From Octopus vulgaris (Eukaryota), in NCBI GenBank assembly GCA_951406725.2, contig OX597817.1, positions 7,502,001 through 7,566,000 of the forward strand: a stretch of 64,000 nt of DNA, read 5' to 3'. Below are positions 40,450 to 54,640 of the stretch, in pieces. Both the position numbers and the translations under genes were made by a program. Under the pieces are notes generated by a model. That model was not told where the DNA came from and searched no databases. It saw only the letters and a list, made by a program, of their open reading frames with translations. How positions within the stretch are numbered: position 1 is the first letter of the stretch; each line of letters begins with the position of its first letter.

Positions 40450-41852
40450 TGTATGGATTTATATGCATAATGAATAAATCTTGGGGTAGCAAAAAAATTT
40501 AGAAAAAAATTGTTTTTATTTTTCATTCTCTTTCAAAATTACAATTATTAGTGGTTTGTAGTTTAACTACTCTTTCTAGCGAGTCAGATGTCCTGTTATG
40601 GCCATCTCTTATGTGTTTAAATGTACGCTGTATCTTTATATGATTTATATGTATATGTGTGTGTGTGTGTGCGTGCGTGTGTGTGTGTGTGTGTGTGCGT
40701 GTGTGTGTGTGTGAGTGGTGTGTAAGCAGAAGGTGTCGTTATAAAGCAGGATTTACCCTTCCGTATTCACTAAATTATGTTACTTTTACGAATTTGCTTT
40801 TACAGTAAAATGAAGTAGATCAAATCGAGAATCACCAACTATCATAACTGATCTCCGCGGTGCTAACAATCCACTGTGATATTCTAGATCTTTCTGCATT
40901 ATTTATAAGATAAGACACATTTTGTCTAATACTTTACTTATGCACAGAAACTGTCAAGATTTCTTTGCCAAAGCTTTTAATACACTGTATTTCAATAACC
41001 AGAGAACAACTTCTTATCACATAACTAACATTTGTTTTGCTTCAATATATTTTATAGCCCTGCAAAATACAAGAACTTCGAACGTATACACGCCAATCAT
41101 ATACAGTGTATACTATACCATATCAAAGTATATATTTCAAACCTATACTCTTATATACCCAAATGAATAGAAATGGTATATTTTGGCACGGTCATATTTC
41201 TTGCCAATTAACCACACGCACTATATACTTGGTCTTCAGTTATATTATAATTCTTACTTTGATGTCCTCTGTCTGAAATCTCTCATCACACATCATGTGA
41301 CCTCTTCAACGACTCCTCATTTCACGTGTCTCCCTCTTTTCTGTTTAGTCAATTATTATTATATTTATTCAATTTCTGAAACACTCAATATATCATGCTA
41401 TAAATACTGCTATAGATATCACACTATAAACACTGATTTACTTTACTTCATATCTTGTATCATAGTTTTGATTGGTAGGTTTACATGCTCTCTTCTCTGT
41501 TGATTGGCTTTTTACAGTTTTAAACTGTCTAACATTGCAAAACTACTTCATGAAATACGTTTATGACATTATCAAGCCTGAACGGATATTTTAGTTTTCA
41601 TCATTGACAGAGGCAAAGATAGTAGACTCAAAACTACAGACTACCTGTTGAAAGACCTGAGATTCATAACTTCTCAGGGTAGTACTGCGTTGTTCTTGGC
41701 CGAGGTACTAAACCTACTACTTCCAGTTTTCTTATCACTAAAGAACACCCATTTTTAAGTACCCTATTTTCAATTAAGGGAACGTTTTCATTTAAGAGTT
41801 AAATGTTTTCTCTATAATCACACCAACACTATCGCTTGAGATGTACCGTTAC

Positions 41853-41903
41853 TCCTTCTCAGACAGACTCTCTCGAACAGTATAGAACTTTATACAACGT
41901 CTG
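41853..41903 (-). CDS. Candidate internal exon (51 nt, phase 2 to 2; NAGNAG acceptor)
   Basis: tcttgttttcag|C RRCIKFYTVRESLSEK GA|gtaacg. Confidence 0.3.
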
Positions 41904-42897
41904 CTGAAAACAAGATTTAAGTTGTGTTTGCGTATATGTGAGACGGTTTGTGAATATATGTATATGTACGAACGAGTATATAGGCGTGAAAAACAAGTTC
42001 TAACAAATACTGCAAGTCTTTGAATCAGACATTTCAAGAGATATCATAACGTAGACATCGACAGACGTATCAAGCATGTGCAAACTAATTGTCGCTGACC
42101 CAAAATTTCATAATTACTTAAGAATTTAATTAGTGAAACCAGTTCAGTTTCTTCGTTCAGGTTAGACAAGAAAGATAACGAGAAAATTAGACAAAAGGAG
42201 AGAAATAAGACAAGAAACGAATGACGAGAGAAAGAAAGTGGAAGACGGAGAATTTAGTGAGAGAAAGATGAGGAAAAGAGAACGAGGAAGAAAGGGGGAT
42301 AGAGATAGACCGTGTGGGATTGAATGAAAGGAAGAACTGAAAGGTAGCGAGTTGAGAATAGACAAGGAGAAAAACAAGAAAAGCTATTCAAGGGAAAGAG
42401 AATAGGGGGAAGCCATTTTGAGGGAAAGAGAGCAAATGGAAAAGAAGGAAGCAGAGGGAATAAGAGAAGGTGAGTGTATTAAAAAAGAAAAGATAACTAG
42501 GCTGAGTGATTCAGAGAAAATGAAGAAGAGAAAGAGTGTTGAAGAAAAGCAGAGAAATAGACTGAGAGAGAATGGAACAAAGTGGAGGAGAGAAAAAGAA
42601 AGAGGGAGGGAGGCATTAGTCTAGCAACAATATTAGCAACAACACCAACATAAAGCAAAAAACAAAAACAAAATAAAAAAGATAAACCAAAACTTAGAAC
42701 AACGAAAATGTCCTTACTGATGAATGTTCTTGTACTAATTGTGTTTACTTATGATTGAATTGGAGTGGCGGTGGGAGAGAGACATATGAAAGAGTAGCAG
42801 CAGCAGTTGATGATGATGATGATGATGATGGTGATGACGATGACGACGATGACGACGATGATGATGATGATTAGGAGGAGGAGGAGGAGGCGGATGG

Positions 42898-42930
<33 letters not shown>

Positions 42931-43794
42931 GGTGGAGGACGAGAAAGATAAAATAAATTTGTTGTTGCTTAACCCTGGGTCGATCGACACTGGGCTGACC
43001 TCGTCAGTTCACTTAAGAAAGAGACATACCTTATAAAATGTAAATCCATCTACACCATTTCTTTCTTTTTACAGACTGGTAGCTTGGGTGTAGAGTTATA
43101 TAGTTGCTATGTTGTTTAACCTTAAGTGCAACCCGACTGAGCAGACTTAGAAGGAAAAGCATTCCATCTGTGACAATCCCGTTTCACTCAGAATATATCT
43201 GACACTGCATCATCTAATGTCTTTCTCCCTTTCTAAGAAGGTACGTTTAGAGGGGAATTTGGCTATTGTTTCAAGAAGATCCAAAAACCACGTAGAAGTT
43301 ACATCGTTGGTCTGTTCACTAATTCTAAGAGCCCATCATTGTTTAATATATGCGCAAAATTGCAACATTACTTCGAAAACATGAAACGATATTACTTTAG
43401 ATTAAGAAACGGTAAGGTAAATCATAAGAGGAGAACAAAAATTAGGGAATAATTTAAATGACGGCAAAGTTTCTTTATATCATAAATTGAAATTTTCTAT
43501 CAGATTTTAAGTGAAACTATTGACTCGTTTAATCACCTAATTGGTGATTCTGCTGAAATATATAAAAACTATTTTTATGATACCCTGTGGTACATTTTAA
43601 TTGGAATTTAAACGCACAGTTTAATTGCAGTATTCTGGTATTGCGTATTATTAAAGAATACAATACTCTTATTTTTATGTTAATTTTTCTTCGACCCTTT
43701 TGTAACTGAATAGCTGTAGGCTTGTAGCATGAATTCAGATATCACGATTGGGTAGAGATTTTGTAGTTCTTAATTGTTGTTTGTTAATTATCGG

Positions 43795-44000
43795 TTGTAT
43801 AAATAGAACATGGGACAAAACACCTTGTGGCGTTTGTTTCGGTTTTACGTTCTCATTTAAAATCCCGCTGAGGTAAACCTTGTCATTCATATTTCCCAGA
43901 TCGATAAAATTAAAGTACCAGTGAAGAACTGTGCTTGCTAATATCAATTAACCTTTCCTCTGAAAATTACACTTCTTGTTGCCCAAACCATAAAGAATTA
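43795..44000 (+). mobile_element. SINE family B, diverged
   Basis: ttacgttctcatttaaaatcccgctgaggtaaaccttgtcattcat..tcgataaaattaaagtaccagt. Confidence 0.65.
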
Positions 44001-44524
44001 TTAAGTCGACGAACTGGCAGAATCATTATCAAGTCTAAACATGCGCCAGTAGAATGGAGAACAACAGCTGGTTGAGGGCTTGTGTTCTTGGTAGCCACGG
44101 TGGTCCTGGATCTGCGGGGGTTTTTGATTGGCTCTATTTTGTGTAGTATGTATACTTGTTTTTACCTCATTTTCTTCTTCGCTCTTTTCTTTGTCATATC
44201 TTTTATGTAACCCCCACACATAAATAATAGATTATCCTTATAATATCATCCCGCCCCATCTGATGCCTCTAAGAAATCGTTATCATTATTATTGTTGCTA
44301 TTATTATTTTTGTTTCTTGATGTTCAAAAGAATCTCGTTGCTTGCTTAAGCGTAAAGCATCTTTCGTGATACTCTTGCAATTTATTCAACGATGTCTACC
44401 TTCACTTCCAATGTATTCAGTGGTCTCTAGCTTTGGTTTCAAACGCCTAATTCTTATACACTGAGTTAAATGAACTGTTAGTTTTGGGCATTCTTGTATT
44501 AATGATATTAGTTATGGTCACCGA

Positions 44525-44705
44525 GGGCTGCGAGCTGACAGAATCGTTAGCACACCGGGCGAAATGCTCACCCGTATTTCGTCTGCTGTTACGTTCTGAG
44601 TTCAAATTCCGCCAAGGCCGACTTTTCCTTTCGATGTCGATTAAATAAGTACCTTGTTTGTTCCCTCTATGTTTCGCCCTCTATGGGCAGTACAGAAATA
44701 GATAT
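44525..44705 (+). mobile_element. SINE family B
   Basis: gcgagctgacagaatcgttagcacaccgggcgaaatgc..gtatttcgtctgctgttacgttctgagttcaaattccgcc. Confidence 0.85.
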
Positions 44706-45139
44706 TGGTTATTGTCACCGCTTATCATAAACAAATAGCATATATTTTATTTCATGTTCATTACGTTCAAATTTTAATCTCCGTCCGTGTCCACAAATTT
44801 TCTTTGTTATAAATTTACAACTGTCCCTCTTATATTCCTCTTAATGTGGACTGTGAATGTTTGTTTTACTTTTTAATATTGCTGTAAAATAGGTAGGTTA
44901 TGTAGGAAAGATTGAATGTATATCTTTTTAATAAACTTTATCAACTTTGTTATTACATTTCTAAAAGCTAAAAAGTAATAAGTTTTTCTTTTTCAAACAT
45001 TAAGCACGAACATTAACATTGAGTCAAAATTGTCATCTTAATACACACAATATACATTATTATATTAGCTTATCTCTCTATATATAATTTCCTATAATTA
45101 CTGTAACCTTTTGTTCACTGCAATTCTTTTACACTATAT

Positions 45140-45528
45140 GGATGGAAGCACTCCGTCGGTTACGACGACGAGGGTTCCGGTTGATCCGAATCAACGGAAC
45201 AGCCTGCTCGTGAAATTAACGTGTAAGTGGTTGAGCACTCAACAGACACGTGTACCCTTAACGTAGTTCTCGGGGATATTCAGCGTGACACAGAGAGTGA
45301 CAAGGCCGGCCCTTTGAAATACAGGTACAACAGAAACAGGAAGTACGAGTGAGAGAAAGTTGTGGTGAAAGAGTACAGCAGGGATCACCACCATCCCCTG
45401 CGGGAGCCTCGTGGAACTTTTAGGTGTTTTCGCTCAATAAACACTCACAACGCCCGGTCTGGGAATCGAAACCGCGATCCTATGACCCCGAGTCCGCTGC
45501 CCTAACCACTGGGCCATTGCGCCTCCAC
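45140..45528 (-). mobile_element. SINE family C (tRNA-Arg-like head), full length with 12-bp TSD
   Basis: Minus strand GTGGAGGCGCAATGGCCCAGTGGTTAGGGCAGCGGAC...GGTTTCGATTCCC. TTTACACTATAT at 45128-45139 and 45529-45540. Confidence 0.93.
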
Positions 45529-46820
45529 TTTACACTATATAAACGTGGATGCACAGAGCATTCGGTTGTCAAAATAGAAGCTGGATTACTTATGAACTGG
45601 TCACTATCTTAGAATGGTTATCCAAACCTCCGCATTAGAATAGTTGTCCAAATTTCTCATTTTTCCGTGCTTTCATTACTCCAAATACGAATTTGAAAAC
45701 TCATCGTTCTGTATTCGAGAACAAAACGCTAAATAACATATCAGGATAGACTCAATCGAAGCTATTCAGTCCATTAGAAACCATGGTATGTAACTAATTT
45801 TTAGATGAATTTCCAATGGACCGTATGAAACATTGGCAAGAAATTTGTTAATTTATTTTTATCGCTTTATTCAGAGACTTATATTTCAAGCTCTAACCTA
45901 GCAAAATTACTCCCGGCTTCACAGAACAGTGGTTGCTCAATCAGCCAGAAACAGTAGCCAAAGTTCAGATGAATTACGTTTTGGTTTAAAGAAACGTTGC
46001 ATTAGATAATATAATTCAAGATATACAACGCATGAAAAATGTAAGGAATGGTCACGGCCGGAATACTTTTGATCATAGATCGGCTCGATCAGAGCAGGCC
46101 TAGTGTTAAATAACAATAATGTGCACTTCTGTGAGTTTTATTTCGAATCCCGATTTGTGCAGATAAAACCCAAGTTCATTCTGTATTTCTTATCAACAGT
46201 TATTTCTTCCGGTTCTAAGGACAAATCTCCCTCAGTTTTGTTAGTAATAACCGTGAAAATTGATGAACATCTTTCTTTATGAATTTTAAGTATTGAGCGT
46301 ATAAAAATTGCCATTTGCTGGAGTTTTAAAAAAATAGATTATGGGTTATTATCAGTCACAGTAACTGGAGGACATATCTAAAATAACTTCATAAAGATCT
46401 GATACTTAGCTTTCTTTTATTGTTTGTTTATCGTTGTTTCCAGTCCATTTCTTTTATTGTTCATTTTTTTGGGGGGAGGGGAGGGGGTTATTTCCAACTC
46501 ATGTCTTTTATTGTTCGTTTTTCGTTGTTTTCCAGGCCATTTCTTTCATATTAAAAAATATAAATGTGTATAGATGTTTGTATACATATTTGCATAAAGT
46601 GTGTATACAAACGCACAACTGCACCAACTGTAATGTTTTGTCTCAGAGGAACTTCTCAATGAGTTTTATGTGTTAAAAACACAACGCTTCACGTATGTGG
46701 ATGCCAAATAAGGTGTTTCGACCTGATTTGGTCCCCGAGAAATGTTTCTTCTGGTATAGAAATAGACAGGTAAAACAATGAGTTGTGAGAAGCTAATCGG
46801 GCTAGAATTTAATTAATATA

Positions 46821-47037
46821 CAAGGAGGTGCAGAAAAGTTCCTGGCTATGAGTAAAAGGTAATACAGAAAGATTAGTTAATTATGATTTTATCTAATATA
46901 TTCACCTCTCAGATTCACACACTTATTGCAGCGATCTTTCAGTTTTTCTAAGACCTGTAAAAGAACTCGGAAGGTTGGGTCTCCACCCAGGCCTTTTGCA
47001 ATACCCTTATGACCAGGTAATTTTCATTATCCCCTCA
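46821..47037. mobile_element. Mariner-derived MITE
   Basis: TA-flanked. caaggaggtgcagaaaagttcctgg versus the reverse complement of ccaggtaattttcattatcccctca. No coding capacity. Confidence 0.7.
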
Positions 47038-47564
47038 TACGCGCTTAGTTTTCCGTTAAAATACCGGCTGTTTATTGTTAAAGACTTACAGATCTCTTTC
47101 GAAATATTAGTTTTGAGGGATCCTCATGAAAGTAATTTATCAAATTTCCCAAATTAGCAGGATATTTCGTATTGCATCAGTTTATTGGATTTAGCCTAAA
47201 AAGAACAATATTTTGCACCTAAGTTCTCTTAGGTGCAAAATATAAGTTACTTCAAATTATGATTTAGATTGTTAGATTTTTGGTTGCTGTGAGTCATTTA
47301 AAAAATGATGCAACCAGTCTCTAGAAGTCGTTAAACACGGGGGTCATTAAATGATCACATAAGCAGTAAGAAATAGCAGCCAAATTTCCTTAAATCATAC
47401 TCTATTATTTAAAACAACAATACATTGCATTGGTGAATGTTGTTCCCTGTTGGAAAACATTCGATTATAAGCCTGATTGATAAGTTCTAACCTGGGGCAA
47501 AACAACAACCACAAAAACAACCAAAACAGCTTCTAAATATTACGTTTCAAATTACATTTCTTAC

Positions 47565-47830
47565 TTCCCGTCGGTTGGATCCGAAATGTAGACGTTTGAA
47601 ACTCATAAACAAGAATTCCAATTTCTCTACTAGTGAGGTTGAATGTCTCCAACAACATTTGACACGTTTCCAACTTGACAGGCTGGAGTAGGCATAGTTC
47701 AAACGATCTTCAATGAAACGATAAAACGGAGGTTCATGTGTTGAGTTATGATAAAGTTTATACAGATGAGATCTCGAATGGCGACATGATATATTCGCGG
47801 TCAGATATACAGTACAAGCGTGCTGTAATT
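47565..47830 (-). CDS. Candidate internal exon (start 47830 phase 1, or 47822 phase 0; ends phase 0)
   Basis: High-complexity 86-codon frame HACTVYLTANISC...EPPFYRFIEDRLNYAYSSLSSWKRVKCCW...KRLHFGSNRRE. The other two frames are closed. Acceptors ttttgtatag / aattacag, donor gtaaga. Confidence 0.5.
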
Positions 47831-48392
47831 CTATACAAAAGTTTATAATCAATAGTGTAAGAGGTTTTTTTTTTCCTATTGTGCTTCTATATTTTGACTT
47901 TGGTGTATTTTACTTAGTTTTGTACTGTATTGCAGTGTATCTAATTATATATCGCTATCACTACTGACTCAATATTTCTTTTTTTTTTTGTTTTTTCATC
48001 CTTCGTTTTTCTCTTCATTCTCTCTCACCCTCTCTATGGAAATATACGCATATGCGTCTGTGTATGTATATGTTTCTCTCAATCTATATAAATGCATACA
48101 GACACTCATACATTCACACGCATAAACATACACAGATATATATGCGTGTGTATGTGTGTGCGTGTGTGTATGTGTTTGTACGGTTGTGTGTTTGTGTGGG
48201 TGTATGTGTGTGTTTGTGTGAGTGTATATGTGTGTGACTGAAAATATATGTGGATATATTCGTATATATGACTATTTACGTTTATACACACGCACACACA
48301 CACACATGTGCATATATATATATATACTCAGGAAAGTACACAGATAGAAACATACATACATGCATGCATACATACATACATACATACATACA

Positions 48393-48424
<32 letters not shown>

Positions 48425-48472
48425 GACAAGTATGTCCCAACAGTAAGGCCCCAAGTAAACATTTTACTCTTC

Positions 48473-48561
<89 letters not shown>

Positions 48562-49340
48562 CAGACATACTGATATATTTGATAATCTACCAATACTAGT
48601 GTATATATTACGTTACAGTTCAACCCCGATCTTCACCCGAAATTCTCTGGTGTCTCATATAGAATATTGAAGAGGTCAGTTTTCCTGCTGCTATGTGGTC
48701 GGTGCTGATATCATGTTGATTATGTTGACTATATTTTCGGATTTTTATTCATGATATTTTTTTTTACTAAATTTTTATTCGTACATTTGTGTAGTCTCCA
48801 TCTTGTCTGAATTTTAATAGATTGAAAGACTACAATTAATAACAAAACTTACTACTCCACTTCACACCACAAGAGGCGTTTCATTTAGAGGAAATTGGGT
48901 TTGTAGATATATATATACATACGTGTGTATGTATGTGTGTGCTTGTTGTGTGTGTGTGTGTGTGTGCGTGAGTTTGTGTGGTGCGGGTTTATGCGTTCGC
49001 ATCCGTGCGTTTGGTGTATAAATATATGCATATATAAATATACAAAATACACATATGTGATACGTGCGCATAAACATCTTTTTAAAAAATGTGTGTGTGT
49101 GTGAGTAGTTTAAAGGTTACAGACAGGTGTTCTCTATATAGAATACACTTCGAAGAGCTCAAGAGATATGAACTTGAGCCGGTAGATGAGTAAGTGTAAT
49201 GAGCAAGTTAAGCAAGTCGATTTAGACAGAATATTAAACACATTTAATACAAAATAAATGTACCTGTGTATGGATATAAAATAGTCCGCCTTACAGAATA
49301 TAAAAGATATCAAGAGTTAAATGCGTAGATTTTTACGAGT

Positions 49341-49429
49341 CCAACGGCTGATTTGGGGGGCTTGGTGGTCCGGAATAACGGTAGTTACTTGGATCAATTA
49401 CCAGATAACACCACCTCCGTCTTCAGGGG
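49341..49429 (-). ncRNA. Degenerate hammerhead-like motif with very long stem II
   Basis: Minus strand cc-CUGAAGA, then ggtggt/accacc and tggtaatt/aactaccg pairings, then cAAA..GUU-gg. G12 is missing. Confidence 0.35.
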
Positions 49430-49587
49430 AGAATTTTACATTGGAGAATAATTTTACATTTGAAGTGTTGACAGGATGGCGTTTAAACTCAGTCCTGTCA
49501 ACACTTCAAACGTCAAATTTATATTTAATATTCTACGTAAATCAACTTCTCTACCTTGCTTGTTATTACAGTTTCTCACATATATCC

Positions 49588-49682
<95 letters not shown>

Positions 49683-49685
<3 letters not shown>

Positions 49686-49923
49686 ATAGATAGACTAACA
49701 AGCAGGCAGACAGAGAGACAGAAAGCAAGACAGGTAGTCACGTAGATATACATATACATTTTTGAACTGTAATGCTACAAAATCATTTAACAAATATCTA
49801 TATATGCTTCATTGTATGCACATACGTGTGTATGGACGCATATACATACATGCATCTAAGTGAATGAACACATATATATATACATACATGTACATACGTA
49901 TTTGTACATACATATTGTACATA

Positions 49924-49963
<40 letters not shown>

Positions 49964-50476
49964 AAAAAAGTAAAAATATAAGTATATGTATATGTACATA
50001 CACTATTAACATCAACCTACATGGACACATACTATACATATAAACTAATATATATTACGGAATAGACACATATATGCTTTTTTATGCATGACTGAACGCA
50101 GATTTACTGATTAGATGAAATACGAACTTGAACCATCGATTCTCGCAGCAACAATACATATTCACTAGTATACAGAGTTACATATGTAGATTTACACTTA
50201 CTCCTATATTCATTTCTTACATGCATAAATACTTACAACCGCAAAACACATACATATGGAAATACATATTTACATATACCTCAATATATATATGTGACCC
50301 CGTGTGTACCGTTGGCGATTTTTTTTCCTCTGTCTTCCCTTCTCTGGATCTTTCCTTCTCCTATGTTTCCGAAACGTTAAACCCTCCTTCTTTCCTTCTT
50401 TCCTGAGCGTCCAATAATACTATATTTGTTCCACGTCCTCGCGTTGTTGTGTTTTTTTGTGTTTTCTTGTTTGGAT

Positions 50477-50513
<37 letters not shown>

Positions 50514-50693
50514 AAGAGAGAGAGAGAGAGAGAGAGAGGGAGATATATATATATATATATATATGTATATACAGATAGATAGACTAACAGACAGGCAGAC
50601 ACAGAGACAGAAGGAAAGACAGGCAGACACATAGATATACACATATATTTTTGAGCTGTAATGATACAAAATCATTCAACAAATATCTATATA
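49683..50693. repeat. Local direct duplication of about 120 bp
   Basis: About 49683-49804 matches about 50572-50693 (agatagatagactaaca...tttttga.ctgtaatg.tacaaaatcatt.aacaaatatctatata). Confidence 0.88.
50297..50480 (+). mobile_element. Penelope-like pLTR-type repeat; HHR 5' half deleted
   Basis: tttc|cgaaacgtta, then ttcctgagcgtccaataatac as in 38153-38290. Ends in (TA)n. Confidence 0.5.
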
Positions 50694-51035
50694 GTGAAGG
50701 CGCATGGCTCAATGGTTAGAGCCTCGAGCTTACGATCGTGAGGATGTGAGCTCGAATCCCGGACCGGGCTGCGTCTTTTGTTCTTGAGCAAGACACTTTA
50801 TTTCACGTTGCTCCAGTTAACTCAGCTAAAGAAATGAGTTGCGACGTCACAGGTGCCAAGCTGTATCGACCTTTGTCTTTCCCTTGGATAACATCGGTGG
50901 CGTGCAGAGGGGAGGCGGGTATGCATGAGCGACTGCTGGTCTTCGATAAACCACCTTGCCCAGACTTGTGACATGGAGGGTAACTTTCTAGGTGCAATCC
51001 CATGGTCAGTGTCGTGACCGAAGGGGGTCTCGACC
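50694..51035 (+). mobile_element. SINE family D (tRNA-Arg-like head plus CORE domain, tail type 1)
   Basis: GTGAAGGCGCATGGCTCAATGGTTAGAGC..cttACGat..gagctcgaatccc; CORE-like ttcttgagcaagacactttatttcacgttgctccagt. Confidence 0.88.
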
Positions 51036-51101
51036 GACCGATTTATGCCTCACACTTACATATGGAAACACATAAGTACAAATGGTTGTACGGTTAAGTG
51101 A

Positions 51102-51178
<77 letters not shown>

Positions 51179-51220
51179 TGTATATATACATATATACGTA
51201 AATATATATATATACATATA

Positions 51221-51370
51221 TAGGCGCTGCAGTGGCTATGTGGTAGACTGCTTGCCAACCGCATTGTTCTGGGTTCAGTCCCACCTCGGACAAGTGTCTT
51301 CTACTATAGCATCGGGCCGATCAAAGACTTGTGAGTGGATTTGGTGGACAGAAACTGAAAGAAGTATGTC

Positions 51371-51372
<2 letters not shown>
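51221..51372 (+). mobile_element. SINE family A, 5' half
   Basis: taggcgctgcagtggctatgtggtag..gggttcagtcccac..gtgagtggatttggtggacagaaactgaaagaag. Confidence 0.85.
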
Positions 51373-51432
<60 letters not shown>

Positions 51433-51642
51433 GTGTGTGTGCGTGTGTGTGTGCGCGTGTGTATGTGTCTGTACATATATACATTTAATAATAACTGTCC
51501 AAAAATAAAGTACTCAATACCATAGTATGATACGATTTTACTTTTATTCAAGGAATATTTTGCTAATCTGAGTTTCACATGTAGAGGCACAAGCAGATAC
51601 AGAGAAAGACAGACAGAGAGTTAGACAGACAGACAGACAAAT

Positions 51643-51714
<72 letters not shown>

Positions 51715-52389
51715 GTAAACGCATATCCTGTTGATGAAGACCAATATATCTATCGCCATAGCAATATCTACTTTTATGCTATAGAAATTTCTCAACATTA
51801 AAAACAGTACTGTTACTTATGTATAACGTTGCATAAAAATGTAAAAGACCTACACCTATAGACAAAGCGTGTGAAATGAATATTGCATCCATTTGTAAAT
51901 ATAATATCACTGGGGCTCACGTCATTTAGTTTCTTCAATTTCATCCTGTATGCACTATTATCGAGCTTTTGTCTCCTTGTGGAACGTGAATTCATCATAC
52001 CATTATGAAATTTTTCTTTCTCGCGATATTGTCTAAATTTTTGAATCTTCTGTCTTGATCACCCGACACTGTTCAACTTACATCAATACGTTTTGACAAA
52101 ATCATCCATAGAACACATTGTGACTCACACACAAGCACACGCATAACACACACACACACTCACACACATAAACACGGGCACACGTTCCAAAGCAAAACAT
52201 TGATGCACAATCAGACATTCACCTTTTTACGTATACAAGAATTTCCTATAAATACACATACTCACAACTTACTGTGAATCTAAATCGCACCACAATATAC
52301 ACCGTACAATGTATACGCACACGTACTGCAAACATACACAAGGAAACATGCCACAGCACACAGACGCATCACACAGAAATCAATATAAA

Positions 52390-52682
52390 CTGGCGCTCCG
52401 TCGGTTATGACGACGGGGTATCCACTTGATCCGGTGAAATTAAAGTGCAAGTAGCTCAGAACTCCTTATTGTAATACCCTTTAATGTAGTTCTCGGATAG
52501 ATTCAATGAGATGCAGAATGCGACAAGGCTGCAGGGACAACTCGCTTTTGCCAGCTGAGTGAACTGGAGCAACGTGAAATAAAGTGTCTTGCTCAAGGAC
52601 ACAACGCACCGTCGGGAATCGAACTCACGACCTTACGATAGTGTGCCGATTGCCCTAACCACTAGGCCAAGAGCCTTCCCTA
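52390..52682 (-). mobile_element. SINE with family D head and CORE but family C tail; probable 12-bp TSD
   Basis: ctggagcaacgtgaaataaagtgtcttgctcaag is the same CORE as 50694. ctccgtcggtta.gacgac..ttgatccg..gtgaaatta is the same tail as 45140. AATCAATATAAA at 52378-52389 and 52686-52697. Confidence 0.85.
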
Positions 52683-54454
52683 TATAATCAATATAAAACA
52701 CACACAATTTCATAAACCTAAGTAGGCGCACAAAAAGCTCTAAACACACGTACACACAATCACATCGTTTTATAAATCTACAGTACTAATCAAATCAGTT
52801 GAAATTGTATGTGTTTGCTCCGCATGCTAGAAATATCAGCCAAATCACACCCAAGCCGTTGTAAATGAGCATAATGGAAAATGTAGTCCAGAATATACAA
52901 TATACGAAAAATAAAGACAGGATAGACATTGCTGGAATGTATTTAGTCATAGATTATCTGAACCAGTGCTGATTTGGAGGAAAACCACTCGTGGTACCCA
53001 TTTAGCTTGAATCCGCTATTGAAAGTTTAGCACACCGCTGTGCTAGAAATAGCAAGTGAACCATGAAAGTTTTCGGCTCTTTGCCTTGTACCCTATTCAT
53101 TCGGCTATGCACAATCCAAAAACATTGAAATAAAATCGAAACATTTGGGTATTAGTGATCTTTCAGCCATTATTACGGGTAATTTTTACTTCTCTTGTTA
53201 CTTAGGACTGGTAGTTTATCGGGAAATAGCTACAGCAAGGGTCCCAGGATGATGTCTTAGAGTAATTGAGATTTCATAAATTACTATGTTAGTATGCCCG
53301 AAAACTTGTGAAGGGAAAGCCTAATTCTTTAAAACTTTACTTTAATGATCTGCTCGGTAATTGTTCAATCGGTCAAGCATTTAACTTTATATCCAACTAT
53401 AATTACACATTTTCCAGGAAAGAATTTTTCGATTTCATCGATATAAAATTCCAAGGAAAAGAATTGTTGGGTTCAGCACCTCTTAAATAACTGATAACAA
53501 ATAAGATACAACAAATTCTTTTTAGATTCAGGCCATAGCTTCATAAATCTTCATAAATCTGATTAAGATAACTTGATTTTTGCTGTCTTCTTCCTACTCA
53601 AGTGCTTATTTATGTTGATCGTGTTTCTGTCTGAGACATATAAGAATACAAAGCAGAATAAACCTTCTCGTTCATTCTCTTCCTTTATCTAGCGATTTGC
53701 CATTCTCTCTCAACCTCTCCGTCTCGCTACCATTCTCCACACTTCAAACGCTCTGTATCTTTCTCTTTACCTCGTTCCCTTTTCTCCTTTATTATCATTT
53801 ACGAAAGATAAAGACTTCTTTCATACTCCGTCTTTTTATTTTGTATGGACTTATATGCTCAACAAATAGCAATTAGTATTTCGTAAGACATTGTCGCCTT
53901 AATATTATAGCGAGAGAACGAGAGAGAGAGAGAGAGCGAAAGACAGAGGAGTGGGAAACGGGTCTGTTAGTAGTGTTGAAAGGTGAGATGAAGTTTGTTG
54001 AAAACAACTATCAGAAAAGAAAATGAAAGTAAAACGCAAGCAAATAGAAGCACGTACACTGAATAGAGACTTTGTTAGCGCCATCGAAAGGGTTTGGCAA
54101 ATCTTGAGTAAATTATCAAAAGCCTAAACACGTGTAGCAATGTAATCACACTTAAAACATTGGAGGAGTGGAAAGAATTTCCATAATCTATTTATTTATT
54201 AACACAGCTCCGATATCTTACAAAGCAGCACCAATAGGAATATTGTTATTTAGCGACCATATGTCAGCGTCAGAATTGAAGACAACAATTTGTCATTACT
54301 TCTATGTGAAAAGAAAGAAAAAGTATTTGATTGTTAGTAACTAATTACATCTATGGAAATATGGTGGTGGCACTTGATATTCCGATCGAACCAAGGAAGC
54401 AAGGTTTCCATTGGGTTTTCAAGTTGCTAATGTTGTCTGTCTGTCGCAACTTCT

Positions 54455-54640
54455 GGTAGAAGTGTGACAAGTTTTCAGTGACAGGGCGAGAATCGACCTC
54501 AGAATGCTATAACAATTCCCCCGAACTACGGTCCTGGGCTTGTACTTTTTCAGCGACCTCAAAAGATGAAACGCAAAGTTGATCTCGGCAGGAATTGAAC
54601 GAAGGGCCCTGGGAATCGGAAGAAATACCGCAAATCTAGT
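54455..54640 (-). mobile_element. SINE family B, highly diverged
   Basis: gtacttt..cgacctcaaaagatgaaacgcaaagttgatctcggcaggaattgaac. Confidence 0.6.

Noticed and set aside
45455-45528. tRNA-like sequences (also at 50694, 52610, 63409 and the family A and B heads)
   Set aside because: A and B boxes are present, but there is no clean acceptor stem and they continue into SINE bodies, some with TSDs; not tRNA genes.
51813-52060. Basic minus-strand frame (RQKIQKFRQYREKEKF..KLKKLND) with a gtgagc donor
   Set aside because: No pyrimidine-rich acceptor, so it cannot be placed in the gene model.
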